The translations under genes were made by a program, and so were the position numbers. This document shows, piece by piece, positions 35,016 through 46,102 of a stretch of 56,529 bases of DNA; position 1 is the stretch's first letter, and each line of letters opens with the position of its first letter. The stretch comes from an uncultured Flavobacteriales bacterium (lineage in GTDB: Bacteria; Bacteroidota; Bacteroidia; Flavobacteriales_D; CALLUQ01): positions 1-56,529 of the forward strand of contig CALLUQ010000126.1 of the NCBI GenBank assembly GCA_938010565.1, given 5' to 3'. The notes under the pieces were generated by a model. It made no database searches. It was given only the letters and a program-made list of their open reading frames with translations, and was not told the origin of the DNA.

Positions 35016-35966
35016 ATGTTGGCCATCTTGATACCGATCTATAATTTTGATATCCGTGCACTTGTTCGGAATTTGCACCAACAGGCAACGGATTGTTCCA
35101 TTCCTTTCGAAATTCTTTGTTATGATGATGATTCGCTTCCGGGGTTCAAAAACAAAAACCGTAGCATAGGCGATCTGGAGCATGTTACCTATCTGGAACT
35201 GAATGAAAATGCCGGCCGTTCGAAAATCAGAAATATGTTGGCTGAGGCGGCACAATACGAACAATTGTTGTTTATGGATTGTGACTCAAAAACCGCCAGT
35301 TCCCATTACATTCGGACTTATATCGAACATCTGGGCGAACACCTGGTTTACGGTGGCCGGGTATACGAAGCCAATCCGCCCGAAGATCCTTCGGAGTACT
35401 TGCGGTGGTATTATGGCACTCAACGGGAAATGATCGATTGTAAAACCCGTCAGATGAACCCGTATAAGCACTTCATGACCAATAATTTTGTTATCCCGCG
35501 CAAGGTGTACCTCAACATAAAACTGGACGAATCTCTGATTGGCTACGGACATGAAGATACGTTGTTTGGATTGGAACTGAAGAGACAAAACATCCGAATC
35601 CGTCACATTGACAATCCTTTGTATCACATTGGCCTCGAAGGAGCAGGTGAATTTCTGGAAAAAACAAAAGAGGGTGTAAGCAATCTTCTACGGCTGATCC
35701 AGCAAGGGCAACTCAGTAAAGACATCAAGATCTATCGCTATTACAAGCGCATCAAAAAACTCGGAATGAGAGGCGCCATTCTGAAAAGTTTCCTTAAAAA
35801 CGAGCATAAGGTCATTGCCAACCTGATGTCGGATCAGCCCAACCTTAAACGGTTTGATTTTTATAAACTGGGATATTTGCTTGCGTTGGACGACAAGACG
35901 GATAAACCCAAAGAAAAAGGACGAAACCGCATCCGGATCGGTAAAAGCAAGCCAAACAGGGGTTAA
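35016..35966 (+). CDS. Glycosyltransferase family 2
   Basis: ILIPIYN, YDDDS, GRSKIRN, FMDCD, YGHED. Confidence 0.88.
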   Translation: MLAILIPIYNFDIRALVRNLHQQATDCSIPFEILCYDDDSLPGFKNKNRSIGDLEHVTYLELNENAGRSKIRNMLAEAAQYEQLLFMDCDSKTASSHYIRTYIEHLGEHLVYGGRVYEANPPEDPSEYLRWYYGTQREMIDCKTRQMNPYKHFMTNNFVIPRKVYLNIKLDESLIGYGHEDTLFGLELKRQNIRIRHIDNPLYHIGLEGAGEFLEKTKEGVSNLLRLIQQGQLSKDIKIYRYYKRIKKLGMRGAILKSFLKNEHKVIANLMSDQPNLKRFDFYKLGYLLALDDKTDKPKEKGRNRIRIGKSKPNRG

Positions 35967-37096
35967 TCGGCTATTCCATAAAGCTGCTTCAATACCTTTT
36001 CTTCTTCTTCCCACGACCATTTACCGGCGGCAGTTCTCGCATTGTTTTTCCACTGATCCAAACGTTGGGGATCCGAAAGCATATCGCGCAATGCAGCGGC
36101 TATCGCTTTCGGGTGGTGTTCTTCCACGATGCAACCGCATTGTACCCGCTCCAGTACTTTTCTGACCTCAATCAGATCGGAGGCTAAAATGGCAATTCCG
36201 GCATGCATATAATCGAACAATTTGTTGGGCAAACTGAAACGGTAGTTGATGTTGGTATCTTTATCAAGAGAAAGGCCGATATCTGCATTGGCCGTATAAT
36301 GCGCCAGCTCATGGTAAGGCATCTTGTTTCTGAACCACACTTTGTCTCCGAGCTGTTTTGTTTTTACTTCTGCTTTCAACCGGCCGATCACATCTCCTCC
36401 TCCGATAATAAGCAACAACACGTTGTCCAGGTATTGCATGGCAGCAACGGCCTCTTCTCCGCCCCGGTCTACATTGATCCAGGCTCCCTGGAGCAAAACG
36501 ATCGGGCGATTTTCGGGCAATCCCAGGGCTGTTCGCGGTTTTAGGTTCGCGGTGTTTTTTTTCAACGGCAGGTTACGCACCACTTTTACCTCGCGTTGGT
36601 ATTCCTTGCTGTACATGGAAGCAATGGAATCGTTAACGGTATACATGGCGTCTGCTTTGGGGATGCATTTTTGCTCAATGCGTTTCCAAAAACGTTGTAC
36701 TGCGGGCCGGGTAACCAATTCCGGTACTTCGGTGAAATACTCATGACTATCATATACCAAGCGGACTTTCTTGAATTTTTTTACCCAACAATTGGCCAGC
36801 AAGGTATCCAGATCGTTGGAAACGAGCAGGTCTGCTTTTCGGAACAATAAAAAGAAGAACAAACGCAGGTTGAACCAGGCATAGAACGTGGCACCAACAT
36901 GGAACAACATCCGCATGCGTTTGGTGTGATAAGGACGGCTTTCCATGGGTTTTGAATCCGGCCGGATGCGCCCCACCAACCATACATCAAATCCCATTTT
37001 TTGTAAACTCAGGCAAACTTTATGCACCCGTTGATCGGTATTCAGGTCATTGCTGACCGATACAATCACCCGTTTCTGTTTTTTTGCTTGTGCCAT
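35963..37096 (-). CDS. Glycosyltransferase family 4
   Basis: DQRVHK, VYDSHEYF, SLPNKLFDYMHAG. Start placed at ATG 37096. Confidence 0.88.
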   Translation of the reverse strand: MAQAKKQKRVIVSVSNDLNTDQRVHKVCLSLQKMGFDVWLVGRIRPDSKPMESRPYHTKRMRMLFHVGATFYAWFNLRLFFFLLFRKADLLVSNDLDTLLANCWVKKFKKVRLVYDSHEYFTEVPELVTRPAVQRFWKRIEQKCIPKADAMYTVNDSIASMYSKEYQREVKVVRNLPLKKNTANLKPRTALGLPENRPIVLLQGAWINVDRGGEEAVAAMQYLDNVLLLIIGGGDVIGRLKAEVKTKQLGDKVWFRNKMPYHELAHYTANADIGLSLDKDTNINYRFSLPNKLFDYMHAGIAILASDLIEVRKVLERVQCGCIVEEHHPKAIAAALRDMLSDPQRLDQWKNNARTAAGKWSWEEEEKVLKQLYGIAD

Positions 37097-37207
37097 GGCT
37101 TCGAAATTACAATAAGGCCCGGGATCTGCCATACTGTTCAATTCTTTGTTAATTATTTCGGAAAGTAAGACCCGCATATTGCAATTGATCCTGTTAACTT
37201 GGCATGG

Positions 37208-38224
37208 ATGAAAATTCAGAAAAACGTTTCCCTTCAGCCGTACAACTCCTTTGGTCTTGAAGCCACGGCACGCTACTTTGTTTCGCTGGATTCGGTTGCC
37301 ACTATTCAGGAACTATTAGAAACAAAAAGTTATGCTGCTGTTCCGCGCATTATATTGGGGGGAGGCAGCAACATTCTGCTCACGAAAAACATTGATGGCA
37401 TCGTACTAAAAAACGATCTCAAAGGGATTGATGTGGTAGAGGAACTGGCTGATCATTGGCTGGTAAAAGCCGGTGCCGGTGAAAACTGGCATGCATTTGT
37501 ATTGCATGCCCTCAATAAAGGGTGGGCCGGTGTTGAAAACCTGAGCCTGATCCCCGGAAGTGTAGGGGCAGGTCCGATGCAAAACATTGGTGCTTATGGT
37601 GTGGAATTAAAGGATGTTTTCCATTCTCTGGAAGGGGTGAACCTGCAAACCGGTGAGGTAGAAGTATTCGACAAGGCGGCGTGCCGGTTTGGTTATCGTG
37701 AAAGCGTATTCAAAAGAGGATTAAAAGATCGTTACATCATTACCGCTGTAACCCTTAAACTGAATAAAAAGCCAGATCTTAATACTTCCTATGGGGCCAT
37801 TGAGGCGGAACTGGAACGTTTGAAGATAGACAAAACAAGCATTAAAGCCATCAGCCAGGCGGTGATCAATATCCGGCAGCGCAAATTGCCGGATCCGGCC
37901 AAAATCGGAAATTCCGGAAGTTTCTTTAAAAACCCGGTGGTTGCCCGTTCGCAATTTGAAGAACTGAGATCACGGTTTCCCGATATGGTGGCTTACCCTG
38001 TTTCCGAAACCGAAGTAAAACTGGCCGCAGGCTGGCTGATCGATCGGGCCGGATGGAAAGGGCGTACTTTTGATCATTGCGGCGTGCATAAAAAACAAGC
38101 TTTGGTACTGGTGAACTATGGGGGAGCCAAAGGGCAACATATTTATGACCTGTCTGAAAAGATTCTGATCTCTGTTCAGGAAAAGTTCGGGGTGTTGTTG
38201 GAGCGTGAAGTGAACGTTCTTTAA
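37208..38224 (+). CDS. murB: UDP-N-acetylmuramate dehydrogenase
   Basis: GGGSNIL, LIPGSVGAGPMQNIGAYG, FGYRES, GSFFKNP, LEREV. Confidence 0.96.
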   Translation: MKIQKNVSLQPYNSFGLEATARYFVSLDSVATIQELLETKSYAAVPRIILGGGSNILLTKNIDGIVLKNDLKGIDVVEELADHWLVKAGAGENWHAFVLHALNKGWAGVENLSLIPGSVGAGPMQNIGAYGVELKDVFHSLEGVNLQTGEVEVFDKAACRFGYRESVFKRGLKDRYIITAVTLKLNKKPDLNTSYGAIEAELERLKIDKTSIKAISQAVINIRQRKLPDPAKIGNSGSFFKNPVVARSQFEELRSRFPDMVAYPVSETEVKLAAGWLIDRAGWKGRTFDHCGVHKKQALVLVNYGGAKGQHIYDLSEKILISVQEKFGVLLEREVNVL

Positions 38225-38369
38225 AGCCTTTGCCCCTTGAGAGAGGTGTATGTCACAGGGCCGGTGGATGGGAAAATGTATCCCTTTATGAAAGAGCAGA
38301 TAGGCGCAGGCATTGCCTTGCCGAATGTTTTTTGTATTATCTTTAAAATTAATCACAAACAAGGGATGG

Positions 38370-39035
38370 ATGATACAACGGCTTTTTACCCTCATTTTTT
38401 CATGGATAGCAATGGTTGGTTTTAGTCAGAACATTCAGGTGACGGAAGGCAATGAGAAGATCAACAATGGCAACCATAATGTGTTGATTGTTGTAATCCC
38501 TCATACCAGTTCTTTTTTCGTTGAAAAGGCCTGGAAATACCAGATGAAAAAAATGGAAGGCAAATTTTCTGCCAGAAGAAATGAAATGTTTGTTGACGAT
38601 GCAAAACTGAAACAGATGGGTGAAAATACGCTTGATGTTTATGCTCGGGTAGAGCAAGAAGGCGGTGTAAATGCCCGATTGGTGGTTGGGTTTGACCTTG
38701 GAGGGGCTTACCTTTCTTCTGCTCAACACCCCGCACAGGCCAAAGCAATAAAAGCGCTTCTGTATGATTTTGCCGTTAAAACCGCCAAAGATAACATCGC
38801 CGAAGCGTTAAAAACAGAACAAAGGGTTTTGGAAAAGCTTGAAAAAGAGGCGGGAAACCTGATCAAGGAAAAGGAAAGGCTGCACAAAGCCATTGAAGAC
38901 TATAAAAGAAGAATTGAAGAGGCTGAAAAAGCCATTGAAGAAAACAAAAAAAACCAGGCGAAAAAACAAGAAGAGATCGGCGAACAAATGAAAACGTTAG
39001 AGATCGTGGAAGACAAGATGAAAAACATTCGGTAA
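38370..39035 (+). CDS. Exported protein with C-terminal coiled coil
   Basis: Signal peptide, GFDLGGAYLSS and an E/K-rich heptad tail. Confidence 0.65.
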   Translation: MIQRLFTLIFSWIAMVGFSQNIQVTEGNEKINNGNHNVLIVVIPHTSSFFVEKAWKYQMKKMEGKFSARRNEMFVDDAKLKQMGENTLDVYARVEQEGGVNARLVVGFDLGGAYLSSAQHPAQAKAIKALLYDFAVKTAKDNIAEALKTEQRVLEKLEKEAGNLIKEKERLHKAIEDYKRRIEEAEKAIEENKKNQAKKQEEIGEQMKTLEIVEDKMKNIR

Positions 39036-39256
39036 ACTTTGATTTTCAGACTGTACTTTAACTAATTTCTTTTGCCGTGTGTGCTTATCCATACCGTGAT
39101 CTTGGGGTCTACCGCTTTGAACTCCCTTACTTCTTCTCTATCAGGTAAAAAATAACCGTTTGGATGTTCATGGCATTCATCGTTTTTGAACCCACCCGCG
39201 TTTGCACTCTGGCACAACACTTGCAGTTATGAGTTCGTCGACCAGAAAGAATTGGT

Positions 39257-39264
39257 TACTTTTG
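39257..39264 (+). promoter_or_regulatory. -7 box TACTTTTG directly before the hemE start
   Basis: Exact TAnnTTTG match; the ATG begins 5 nt later. Confidence 0.65.
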
Positions 39265-39268
39265 CGGC

Positions 39269-40297
39269 ATGATGCTACAAAACGATTTGCTGCTGCGTGC
39301 AGCTCGTGGAGAGGCGGTAGAGCGCACTCCGGTCTGGTTGATGCGGCAAGCCGGCCGTATCTTAAAGGAGTACCGTGAGATCAGGAACAGGATCAGCGGA
39401 TTCAAAGCGTTGGTAGAAACGCCGGAACTTGCTGCCGAGGTAACGATTCAACCTGTCGATATTTTGGGGGTGGATGCTGCCATTATCTTTTCGGATATTT
39501 TGGTGGTTCCGGAAGCGATGGGGTTGCCGTACCGGATGATAGAGAAAAAAGGACCCTGGTTTGACGAAACTATCCGATCAAAAGCCGACCTCAAGCGTTT
39601 GTGTGTGCCTGATCCCGAAGCCGAACTGGGGTATGTAACCGAGGCCATCCGATGCACAAAAAAAGCATTGAACGGCAGGGTACCTGTGATTGGATTTGCC
39701 GGAGCACCGTGGACCATTTTTTCCTACATGGTAGAAGGCCAGGGAACCAAAACCTTTGCCACAGCACGAAAAATGCTGTATACCGAACCCGGATTGTCTC
39801 ACCAGGTGCTCGACATGATCACCGAAACAACGATCGCTTATTTAAAAGCACAAATAGCTGCCGGTGCGGATATGGTACAATTGTTCGATTCATGGGCCGG
39901 TATTTTACCTGCCGAACAATACCGGAATTTTGGTTCCCGATACCTCAAAAGGATTTGTGCCGAAATTCAGGAAGTGCCCGTTACGGTATTTGCGAAAGGT
40001 GCTTGGTTTGCGTTGGACGACATTGCGGAAATGGATTGCAGAACGGTTGGGCTCGATTGGCATTTGCAACCCGAAATGGCCCGGAAAAAATTGGGGAACG
40101 ATAAAACATTGCAAGGAAACCTGGACCCCTGTATGCTCTATGCTGACGATGAGGCACTTGTAAATGCAACGCACCAAATGCTAAAGCGTTTTGGCCCTCG
40201 GAGGCATATCGCTAACTTAGGGCATGGTGTTTACCCTGATGTGGATGCTGCGAAGGTTAAACTTTTCGTGGAAACAGTAAAAGCGTATAAACAATAA
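39269..40297 (+). CDS. hemE: Uroporphyrinogen decarboxylase
   Basis: [39 protein letters not shown]. Confidence 0.97.
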   Translation: MMLQNDLLLRAARGEAVERTPVWLMRQAGRILKEYREIRNRISGFKALVETPELAAEVTIQPVDILGVDAAIIFSDILVVPEAMGLPYRMIEKKGPWFDETIRSKADLKRLCVPDPEAELGYVTEAIRCTKKALNGRVPVIGFAGAPWTIFSYMVEGQGTKTFATARKMLYTEPGLSHQVLDMITETTIAYLKAQIAAGADMVQLFDSWAGILPAEQYRNFGSRYLKRICAEIQEVPVTVFAKGAWFALDDIAEMDCRTVGLDWHLQPEMARKKLGNDKTLQGNLDPCMLYADDEALVNATHQMLKRFGPRRHIANLGHGVYPDVDAAKVKLFVETVKAYKQ

Positions 40298-40305
40298 ACA
40301 GAGTT

Positions 40306-41475
40306 ATGAAAAAATTAATGCTCCTCTTTTGTGGGATGATGAGCTTCTTCGCCAGTGCTTTGGCACAAGGGGATGATTTCGACAACATGGTTGCTAATGG
40401 CGATTTCGAAAACATTGATGGCAGGTTAAAAAAACCGGGACAGATCGGCGTTGCCGTAGGATGGCAACAAGCGACCGGGGTAAAGGCAGATCTGTATGCC
40501 GCAAAGGCCAAAAACCCGCTGATCGGGATTCCCGATAACCGATATGGCCGGCAGCTGGTGGATCAAGGGAATTATTATGCCGGTATCGTAACGTATGCCT
40601 ATCAAAACAAAATTCCCCGCTCCTACCTTACCACATCGCTTACCACTCCTATGGTAACAGGAGCAAAATATTGTGTGAAAATGGATGTGAGCCTGTCTGA
40701 TCTTTCGAAGTATGCTTCCAATAACATGGGCATCCACTTCTCAAAAAAGAAGGTCGCCATGGACCATGAAAGCCATCTCGCATTTAAACCGGTGGTTCAT
40801 CATATCAAAAACGCACTTCCGATCAGTGAAATGGACATCTGGCAAACGGTATGCAATGTATACGAAGCCAAGGGAGGTGAAAAAAACATGACCATCGGAA
40901 ACTTTAACACCAATGCCGAAACCACAACGCTAAAACTAAAACGTCCGAAAAGATTTACCTCCCCACAGGTGGCGGTGTCTTATTTCTACATCGACAACGT
41001 TCGGGTATACCTGATCAATTCGGCTGACGAATGCAATTGCGAAGTGAAAAAACCCACTCCGCGTACTAAATTTATTTACAGCTCACAAACCATATCCGAA
41101 ACGGAATTGAAGCCTGCCGAGATCGTTGAAAGTGTAAACGTTTATTTTGATTTTATTGATTCCGAGATCCAATCGGCCGGTTACCGCGACCTTGATATTC
41201 TGGCCCGTATGATGATGGGTAACCCTGCGTTCAGATTGAACGTAAAAGCGCATATAGATGAAGAAGAAGCCGAAAAAGCAAAAACCAAACCCGAGTATGT
41301 CCAACTTGCTCAACACAGAGCGGATGCCGTGGTGGAATACCTGTTGAGTAAAGGGGTGGCTGAAGATCGATTGTCGGTGGTAGTAATCCATGACAAAGAG
41401 CCTGTAGATACGAGCGGATCAAACATTGGTAAAGCCAAAAACCGCCGCATTGAGTTCGAAAAAAAGAATGAATAA
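40306..41475 (+). CDS. Exported beta-sandwich + OmpA-like domain protein (paralog 1)
   Basis: NMVANGDFE, YEAKGGEKNMTIGNF, C-terminal RADAVVEYL..G..KNRRIEF. Confidence 0.8.
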   Translation: MKKLMLLFCGMMSFFASALAQGDDFDNMVANGDFENIDGRLKKPGQIGVAVGWQQATGVKADLYAAKAKNPLIGIPDNRYGRQLVDQGNYYAGIVTYAYQNKIPRSYLTTSLTTPMVTGAKYCVKMDVSLSDLSKYASNNMGIHFSKKKVAMDHESHLAFKPVVHHIKNALPISEMDIWQTVCNVYEAKGGEKNMTIGNFNTNAETTTLKLKRPKRFTSPQVAVSYFYIDNVRVYLINSADECNCEVKKPTPRTKFIYSSQTISETELKPAEIVESVNVYFDFIDSEIQSAGYRDLDILARMMMGNPAFRLNVKAHIDEEEAEKAKTKPEYVQLAQHRADAVVEYLLSKGVAEDRLSVVVIHDKEPVDTSGSNIGKAKNRRIEFEKKNE

Positions 41476-41487
41476 CCCACAAAACAT

Positions 41488-42768
41488 TTGATTAAATATT
41501 TGTTGATCATTGGCCTTGGATGCATCTCCGGAATGCACACAACAGCTCAAAACCTGGTAAAAAACCCAGGTTTTGAAGCCGTTGAAAAGTGCCCGAAGTT
41601 TTGGTCGGAAAAACCGTCGGATCTCACCGCAAAACATTGGGAATCGCCCACGCAGGCAACTCCCGATAATTTTATGACCTGTAGTAAGATCAGTGGTATC
41701 CCTCAAAACTGGGCTGGTATCATCCATGCTCACGCAGGGAAAGCTTATGCCGGATTTATTGCCCGCAGAAATTTCGGAAAACCCGGCGACGATCCAAAAC
41801 GTACCACCCACCGCGAATACCTTCAGGGAGAACTCATCCAACCTTTGGCAGCCGGCCATCTTTATGAGTTTGGCATGTGGGTTTCCCTGGCCGAAAATTG
41901 CCGGATGGCTACCGACCAGATCCAATGCGTGTTCACCCAAAAACGACTGAAAAGCCAGGGACGATCCGTGCTGGCTGTGGAGCCACAGTTTTCAACACCT
42001 GCCGGAAAGGTGATCAGTACCCGCGGAAGTTGGGTTTATATCAAAGGTGTATTCAAAGCAAAAGGAGGCGAACAATACCTTACCATCGGTAATTTCAGCA
42101 CCAACAAAGGAAAGAAATACGAAAACGTATACCGGAAAATTCGCAACAACGGAAAGGCATTTCAGTTCTCATATTATTATGTGGATGATGTAAAACTGAT
42201 ACCTTTTGAGCAGGATAAAAAGAAAAAAGCAGCACCGCTTGCCATCGGAAAGATCAAAAAAGAACAGCAATGGAATTATCAGACCTTTCAAGGTAAAGCT
42301 TTTGTAGCCAACTCGGGAAAAAGCAAAAAAAAGGCACGCGATCTTACATGCCTCTGCAAGGTATGTACCGAAGAACGGAATGGCACATTATTCCCTGAAA
42401 TTGCGCTCGATCAACTTGATTCGACCACCTTTAGGGTGGGACAGGTTGTGGGTATGGACAAGATGGTATTTGACCTGAAATCGACACATGTTGAACCTGA
42501 AACCTACGCCGAATTAAGGAAACTGGCTTTCCTGTTACGCGAAATGCCAAGCCTGGAGGTAGAGTTGGTCCTACACATGGATGCTTTTGGCAAAGCCGAT
42601 GAAAACAAGGAAATATCAGGGATAACCTTTTGGAAGGTAGAAAATTACCTTCGTTCAAAAGGCGTCAGGAATAAGCTGTTATATAACGGTTTCGGAAAAA
42701 CCGTTATCCCTCCTTTGAATGGCCGGCAACGCGATCGGATCCTTGAACTGGTCATCAGAAAAATCTGA
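41488..42768 (+). CDS. Exported beta-sandwich + degenerate OmpA-like domain protein (paralog 2)
   Basis: NLVKNPGFE, REYLQ, FKAKGGEQYLTIGNF, YYYVDDV; eroded OmpA tail. Confidence 0.75.
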   Translation: MIKYLLIIGLGCISGMHTTAQNLVKNPGFEAVEKCPKFWSEKPSDLTAKHWESPTQATPDNFMTCSKISGIPQNWAGIIHAHAGKAYAGFIARRNFGKPGDDPKRTTHREYLQGELIQPLAAGHLYEFGMWVSLAENCRMATDQIQCVFTQKRLKSQGRSVLAVEPQFSTPAGKVISTRGSWVYIKGVFKAKGGEQYLTIGNFSTNKGKKYENVYRKIRNNGKAFQFSYYYVDDVKLIPFEQDKKKKAAPLAIGKIKKEQQWNYQTFQGKAFVANSGKSKKKARDLTCLCKVCTEERNGTLFPEIALDQLDSTTFRVGQVVGMDKMVFDLKSTHVEPETYAELRKLAFLLREMPSLEVELVLHMDAFGKADENKEISGITFWKVENYLRSKGVRNKLLYNGFGKTVIPPLNGRQRDRILELVIRKI

Positions 42769-42771
42769 TCT

Positions 42772-43899
42772 ATGCATTGGTATGGAGTTTTACTGTTGTT
42801 GCTGGTATCGTTAAGGGGAGAGAGCCAGGAAAGCCGGAACTTAGTTCCCAACGCAAGTTTCGAAAAATTTAAGAACTGTCCTGTTTCTTTTAACGCCAAC
42901 GGTTCGCTGGAATTGGTAGATGGCTGGCGACAAGCCACCACCGGTACCGTTGACTATTACAACGTTTGCAGTTACAATGCAGGAGTACCGGAAAACCTGT
43001 TCGGAAAACAAATGCCGGCCGAAGGCGAAGGCTATATTGGTTTGATCACCTATTCTCCGAGCAAAAGGAACTACAGAGAGTATCTTCAGGTTAAACTCGC
43101 CGAAAAGCTCAAAAAAGATCAGAAATATTGCATTGAAGTTTACGTTTCGCAAGCCGACTTTTCCAATTACCTGTCGGATGGGTTAGGCATTTTGCTTTCG
43201 GAGCAAAAAGTAGTAGGACAACGGGATAAGATCCTCCCTTTTGTTCCGCAGATTGAAAACCCTCCGGGCCATGTGATCCACCATGCCGATTCCTGGGTGC
43301 TGGTTTCCGATACCATCCGGGCAAAAGGAGGAGAACAATATTTAACCATTGGTAATTACCGGCCTGACCATATGCTTAAAGTAATGCGCCGGAACATGGA
43401 GCAACAGGGGTACAGCCGTGTTTGGAACCATGCTTATTATTACCTGGATCAACTATCGGTAAAAATGGTTCGCCGGGAAAACGATTGTGCGTGTACCCTT
43501 TCCGAGATCCGTAAGATGTTGAACGACCCGGGTTATCCTTTCACGTATGTAGAAATGAAATCGATGGCGATTGGTGCTGTGCTTTTTGATTTTGATAAAG
43601 ACGTTCCGATTGATCTTTACACGGCTGAGTTGGATAATGTTACTCGTATGATGAGGAAATATACCAGTTATTATCTGGTGGTACACGGGCATACCGATAT
43701 TGTTGGAACATTGGGTTACAACAATGGCCTTTCCCGCCGGAGGGCCGAGTATGTTTACAATTATCTCAAACAAAAAGGCATCAACGAAAACCGGCTGCGC
43801 ATCGAATATCATGGAGAAAACCAGCCAGCTGATCGTGCCCAGGGATCAGATGCCAATGCAAAAAACCGACGTGTAGAATTTGAGTTGTTGCAACTTTAG
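42772..43899 (+). CDS. Exported beta-sandwich + OmpA domain protein (paralog 3)
   Basis: NLVPNASFE, REYLQ, AKGGEQYLTIGNY; canonical GHTDIVG..YNNGLSRRRA..NRRVEF. Confidence 0.88.
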   Translation: MHWYGVLLLLLVSLRGESQESRNLVPNASFEKFKNCPVSFNANGSLELVDGWRQATTGTVDYYNVCSYNAGVPENLFGKQMPAEGEGYIGLITYSPSKRNYREYLQVKLAEKLKKDQKYCIEVYVSQADFSNYLSDGLGILLSEQKVVGQRDKILPFVPQIENPPGHVIHHADSWVLVSDTIRAKGGEQYLTIGNYRPDHMLKVMRRNMEQQGYSRVWNHAYYYLDQLSVKMVRRENDCACTLSEIRKMLNDPGYPFTYVEMKSMAIGAVLFDFDKDVPIDLYTAELDNVTRMMRKYTSYYLVVHGHTDIVGTLGYNNGLSRRRAEYVYNYLKQKGINENRLRIEYHGENQPADRAQGSDANAKNRRVEFELLQL

Positions 43900-44228
43900 C
43901 AAGGCAAATGCATCCGCTTTTTCTTTCCGGGTATGGATCGGAGCGCATGCTATTATTTATTGAAGTTTCTGAAAATCAGGAAAATTATTACGGAGCCTCT
44001 GTTTCCTGAAGTGAGCGAAGTGCCTCTTGGGCCTTATCGTTTAAATGACCCCCGATGTATACATACCGGTATCGTATAAAGCTATAGGCCGTCGGCACGG
44101 GCTTGCTTTGGATCGCCATCGTGAATAACTTTGTGAATAACCGTACGGATTGCGATGCTCAAACCGGATCGTTCCGTATGTATTTTTGCATGTTAAGGGA
44201 AGGAGTTCCTCATTACTGTTCAGAAATT

Positions 44229-44786
44229 ATGCTCACCCTTTTCACAAGGAAGAAACTAACCGATCATCAACTGTCTATGGCCTTTCTGAATCGCCTTTTG
44301 GATGCAGTTGAGGAAGGCTACCCCGAGGTGGCCGGGTTGATCAACGAATCGCCGGAGTTTGTGCAATGCCCGAACCTTAACCCCAACGATCATGGCCATT
44401 TTTTGATGATCTTATTGGTGGGCAACCTCAACAACATGCAGCACTCGCTGGATGCTGCTTGCGATAAACGCATCCGTTATCACTTGTTTGGATCTTTTTC
44501 GGAAATGTTTGGCCTTTCTTTTGAAGTGTTTGCAAAAAAAGTACACGAGTATAGAGCTTCCATGGCCCGGATCAACCATCCTTCCCGAAACAACCTGAGT
44601 GCCATATCCAGATCTATTTTCAGCAAATACAAGCTCAACGATTTTCAACGTGCCGACTACCGAAAGGCGGGTGTTCCTAATCCGCAATTTCTACAAAGGA
44701 TGGACAGCATTATGGAGCACTTCCTTTGGAATTGGGAAGAGATCCTGAAGCACTACAAGATCGTTATTCCGGTCACTTCCAATTAA
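44229..44786 (+). CDS. Hypothetical protein
   Basis: Protein-like ORF with a TATTTTTG box at 44181-44188 upstream of ATG 44229. Confidence 0.7.
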   Translation: MLTLFTRKKLTDHQLSMAFLNRLLDAVEEGYPEVAGLINESPEFVQCPNLNPNDHGHFLMILLVGNLNNMQHSLDAACDKRIRYHLFGSFSEMFGLSFEVFAKKVHEYRASMARINHPSRNNLSAISRSIFSKYKLNDFQRADYRKAGVPNPQFLQRMDSIMEHFLWNWEEILKHYKIVIPVTSN

Positions 44787-46006
44787 GTTGATACCTGTTC
44801 CGGGTGAAATAACTTTTCGGCTTTTTCGGTAATCTGGTCTCCAATGGCCAATGAAGCGGTAGCAGCCGGAGAAGGGGCATTGAGTACATGAATGCTGTTG
44901 GAACGGTGTTCGATCCGGAAATCGTCGCGGGTATCGCCATCGGCACCTAACAACAACGCCCGCACACCTGCTCTGCCTGGTTTGAGATCTTCCATGGTAA
45001 GTTCGGGGATGAGACGTTGTAAGGTTTTAAGGAAGAGTCGTTTGGAAAAAGCTCTTCTGTATTCGTTAATGCCGAACGACATGTTCTTCAAAAACAGTTT
45101 CCAGGTTCCGCCATAGGTGAGTGCCTGCCAGGAATCTTTAAGGTTAAAATCCGTTTTTCCGTATCCTTCGCGTTTGAAAGTAAATACGGCATTGGGCCCG
45201 CATTCAATATCGCCGTTCACCATGCGTGTAAAGTGTACACCGAGGAAGGGAAAATCGGGGTTCGGAACCGGATAGATCAGGTTTTTTACTTTGTGTTTGG
45301 CCTGGTCGGTGAGTTCGTAATAATCGCCACGAAAGCCTACTACCTGTTCTCGCAGGTGAACATTGTCTTTTCTTGCAAGCCGGTCGGCTTGTAGGCCACC
45401 GCATACAATAAGGTATTTGGATTGATAGGTTTGTCGGTTGGTTTTGATGGTTTTCAGTCCGTCCTGATCCATGAAACCGAGTACTTCTTCCGATAGTGCC
45501 AATTTACTTTCCGGCTGCCTGGCAAGCGCAACTTCCACCATTTTATTCGTAGCTCCTACAAAATCAACGATCCCGGTACAAGGCACCCAAATGCCTCCAA
45601 TCCCCACACAATAAGGTTCAAAGTCCTTGATCTGCTCGCCTGTAATTTTTTCGATGCCTTCGGTGTTGTTGGCCAGTCCGTTTTGGAAGATCTTATCCAT
45701 GAAAGGCAATTCGTTTTTCTGGGTAGCGACCACCACCTTGCCACACACATCGTGCTTTACTTTATGTTCTTTGCAAAAAGCAACCAGCTCATGGCGGCCT
45801 TTTACACAGTTTTTTGCTTTCAGGGAACCTGGCTTGTAATACAATCCGCTGTGAATAACCCCTGAGTTATGGCCTGTCTGGTGATCTGCTAGTTGGTCTT
45901 CTTTTTCGATCAACAATATTTTGATCCCGGGATAACGTTGCTGCATCTTGTACATCGTAGCTGCACCAATAATTCCTCCTCCTACTATCGTTACATCATA
46001 AACCAC
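44783..46006 (-). CDS. lhgO: L-2-hydroxyglutarate oxidase
   Basis: GGGIIG, HQTGHNSGVIHSGLYYKPGSLKA, IYPVPNPDFPFLGVHFT, NAPSPAATASL. Confidence 0.93.
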   Translation of the reverse strand: MVYDVTIVGGGIIGAATMYKMQQRYPGIKILLIEKEDQLADHQTGHNSGVIHSGLYYKPGSLKAKNCVKGRHELVAFCKEHKVKHDVCGKVVVATQKNELPFMDKIFQNGLANNTEGIEKITGEQIKDFEPYCVGIGGIWVPCTGIVDFVGATNKMVEVALARQPESKLALSEEVLGFMDQDGLKTIKTNRQTYQSKYLIVCGGLQADRLARKDNVHLREQVVGFRGDYYELTDQAKHKVKNLIYPVPNPDFPFLGVHFTRMVNGDIECGPNAVFTFKREGYGKTDFNLKDSWQALTYGGTWKLFLKNMSFGINEYRRAFSKRLFLKTLQRLIPELTMEDLKPGRAGVRALLLGADGDTRDDFRIEHRSNSIHVLNAPSPAATASLAIGDQITEKAEKLFHPEQVST

Positions 46007-46102
46007 GGCAAGTCATTTTTTTGGGTAAAGGTATAAATTTCGACGGGCGGTACGTGCCGGATTACTCAACAGGATAAGCCGAAAATAGGAAAGCAAAGCC
46101 GA

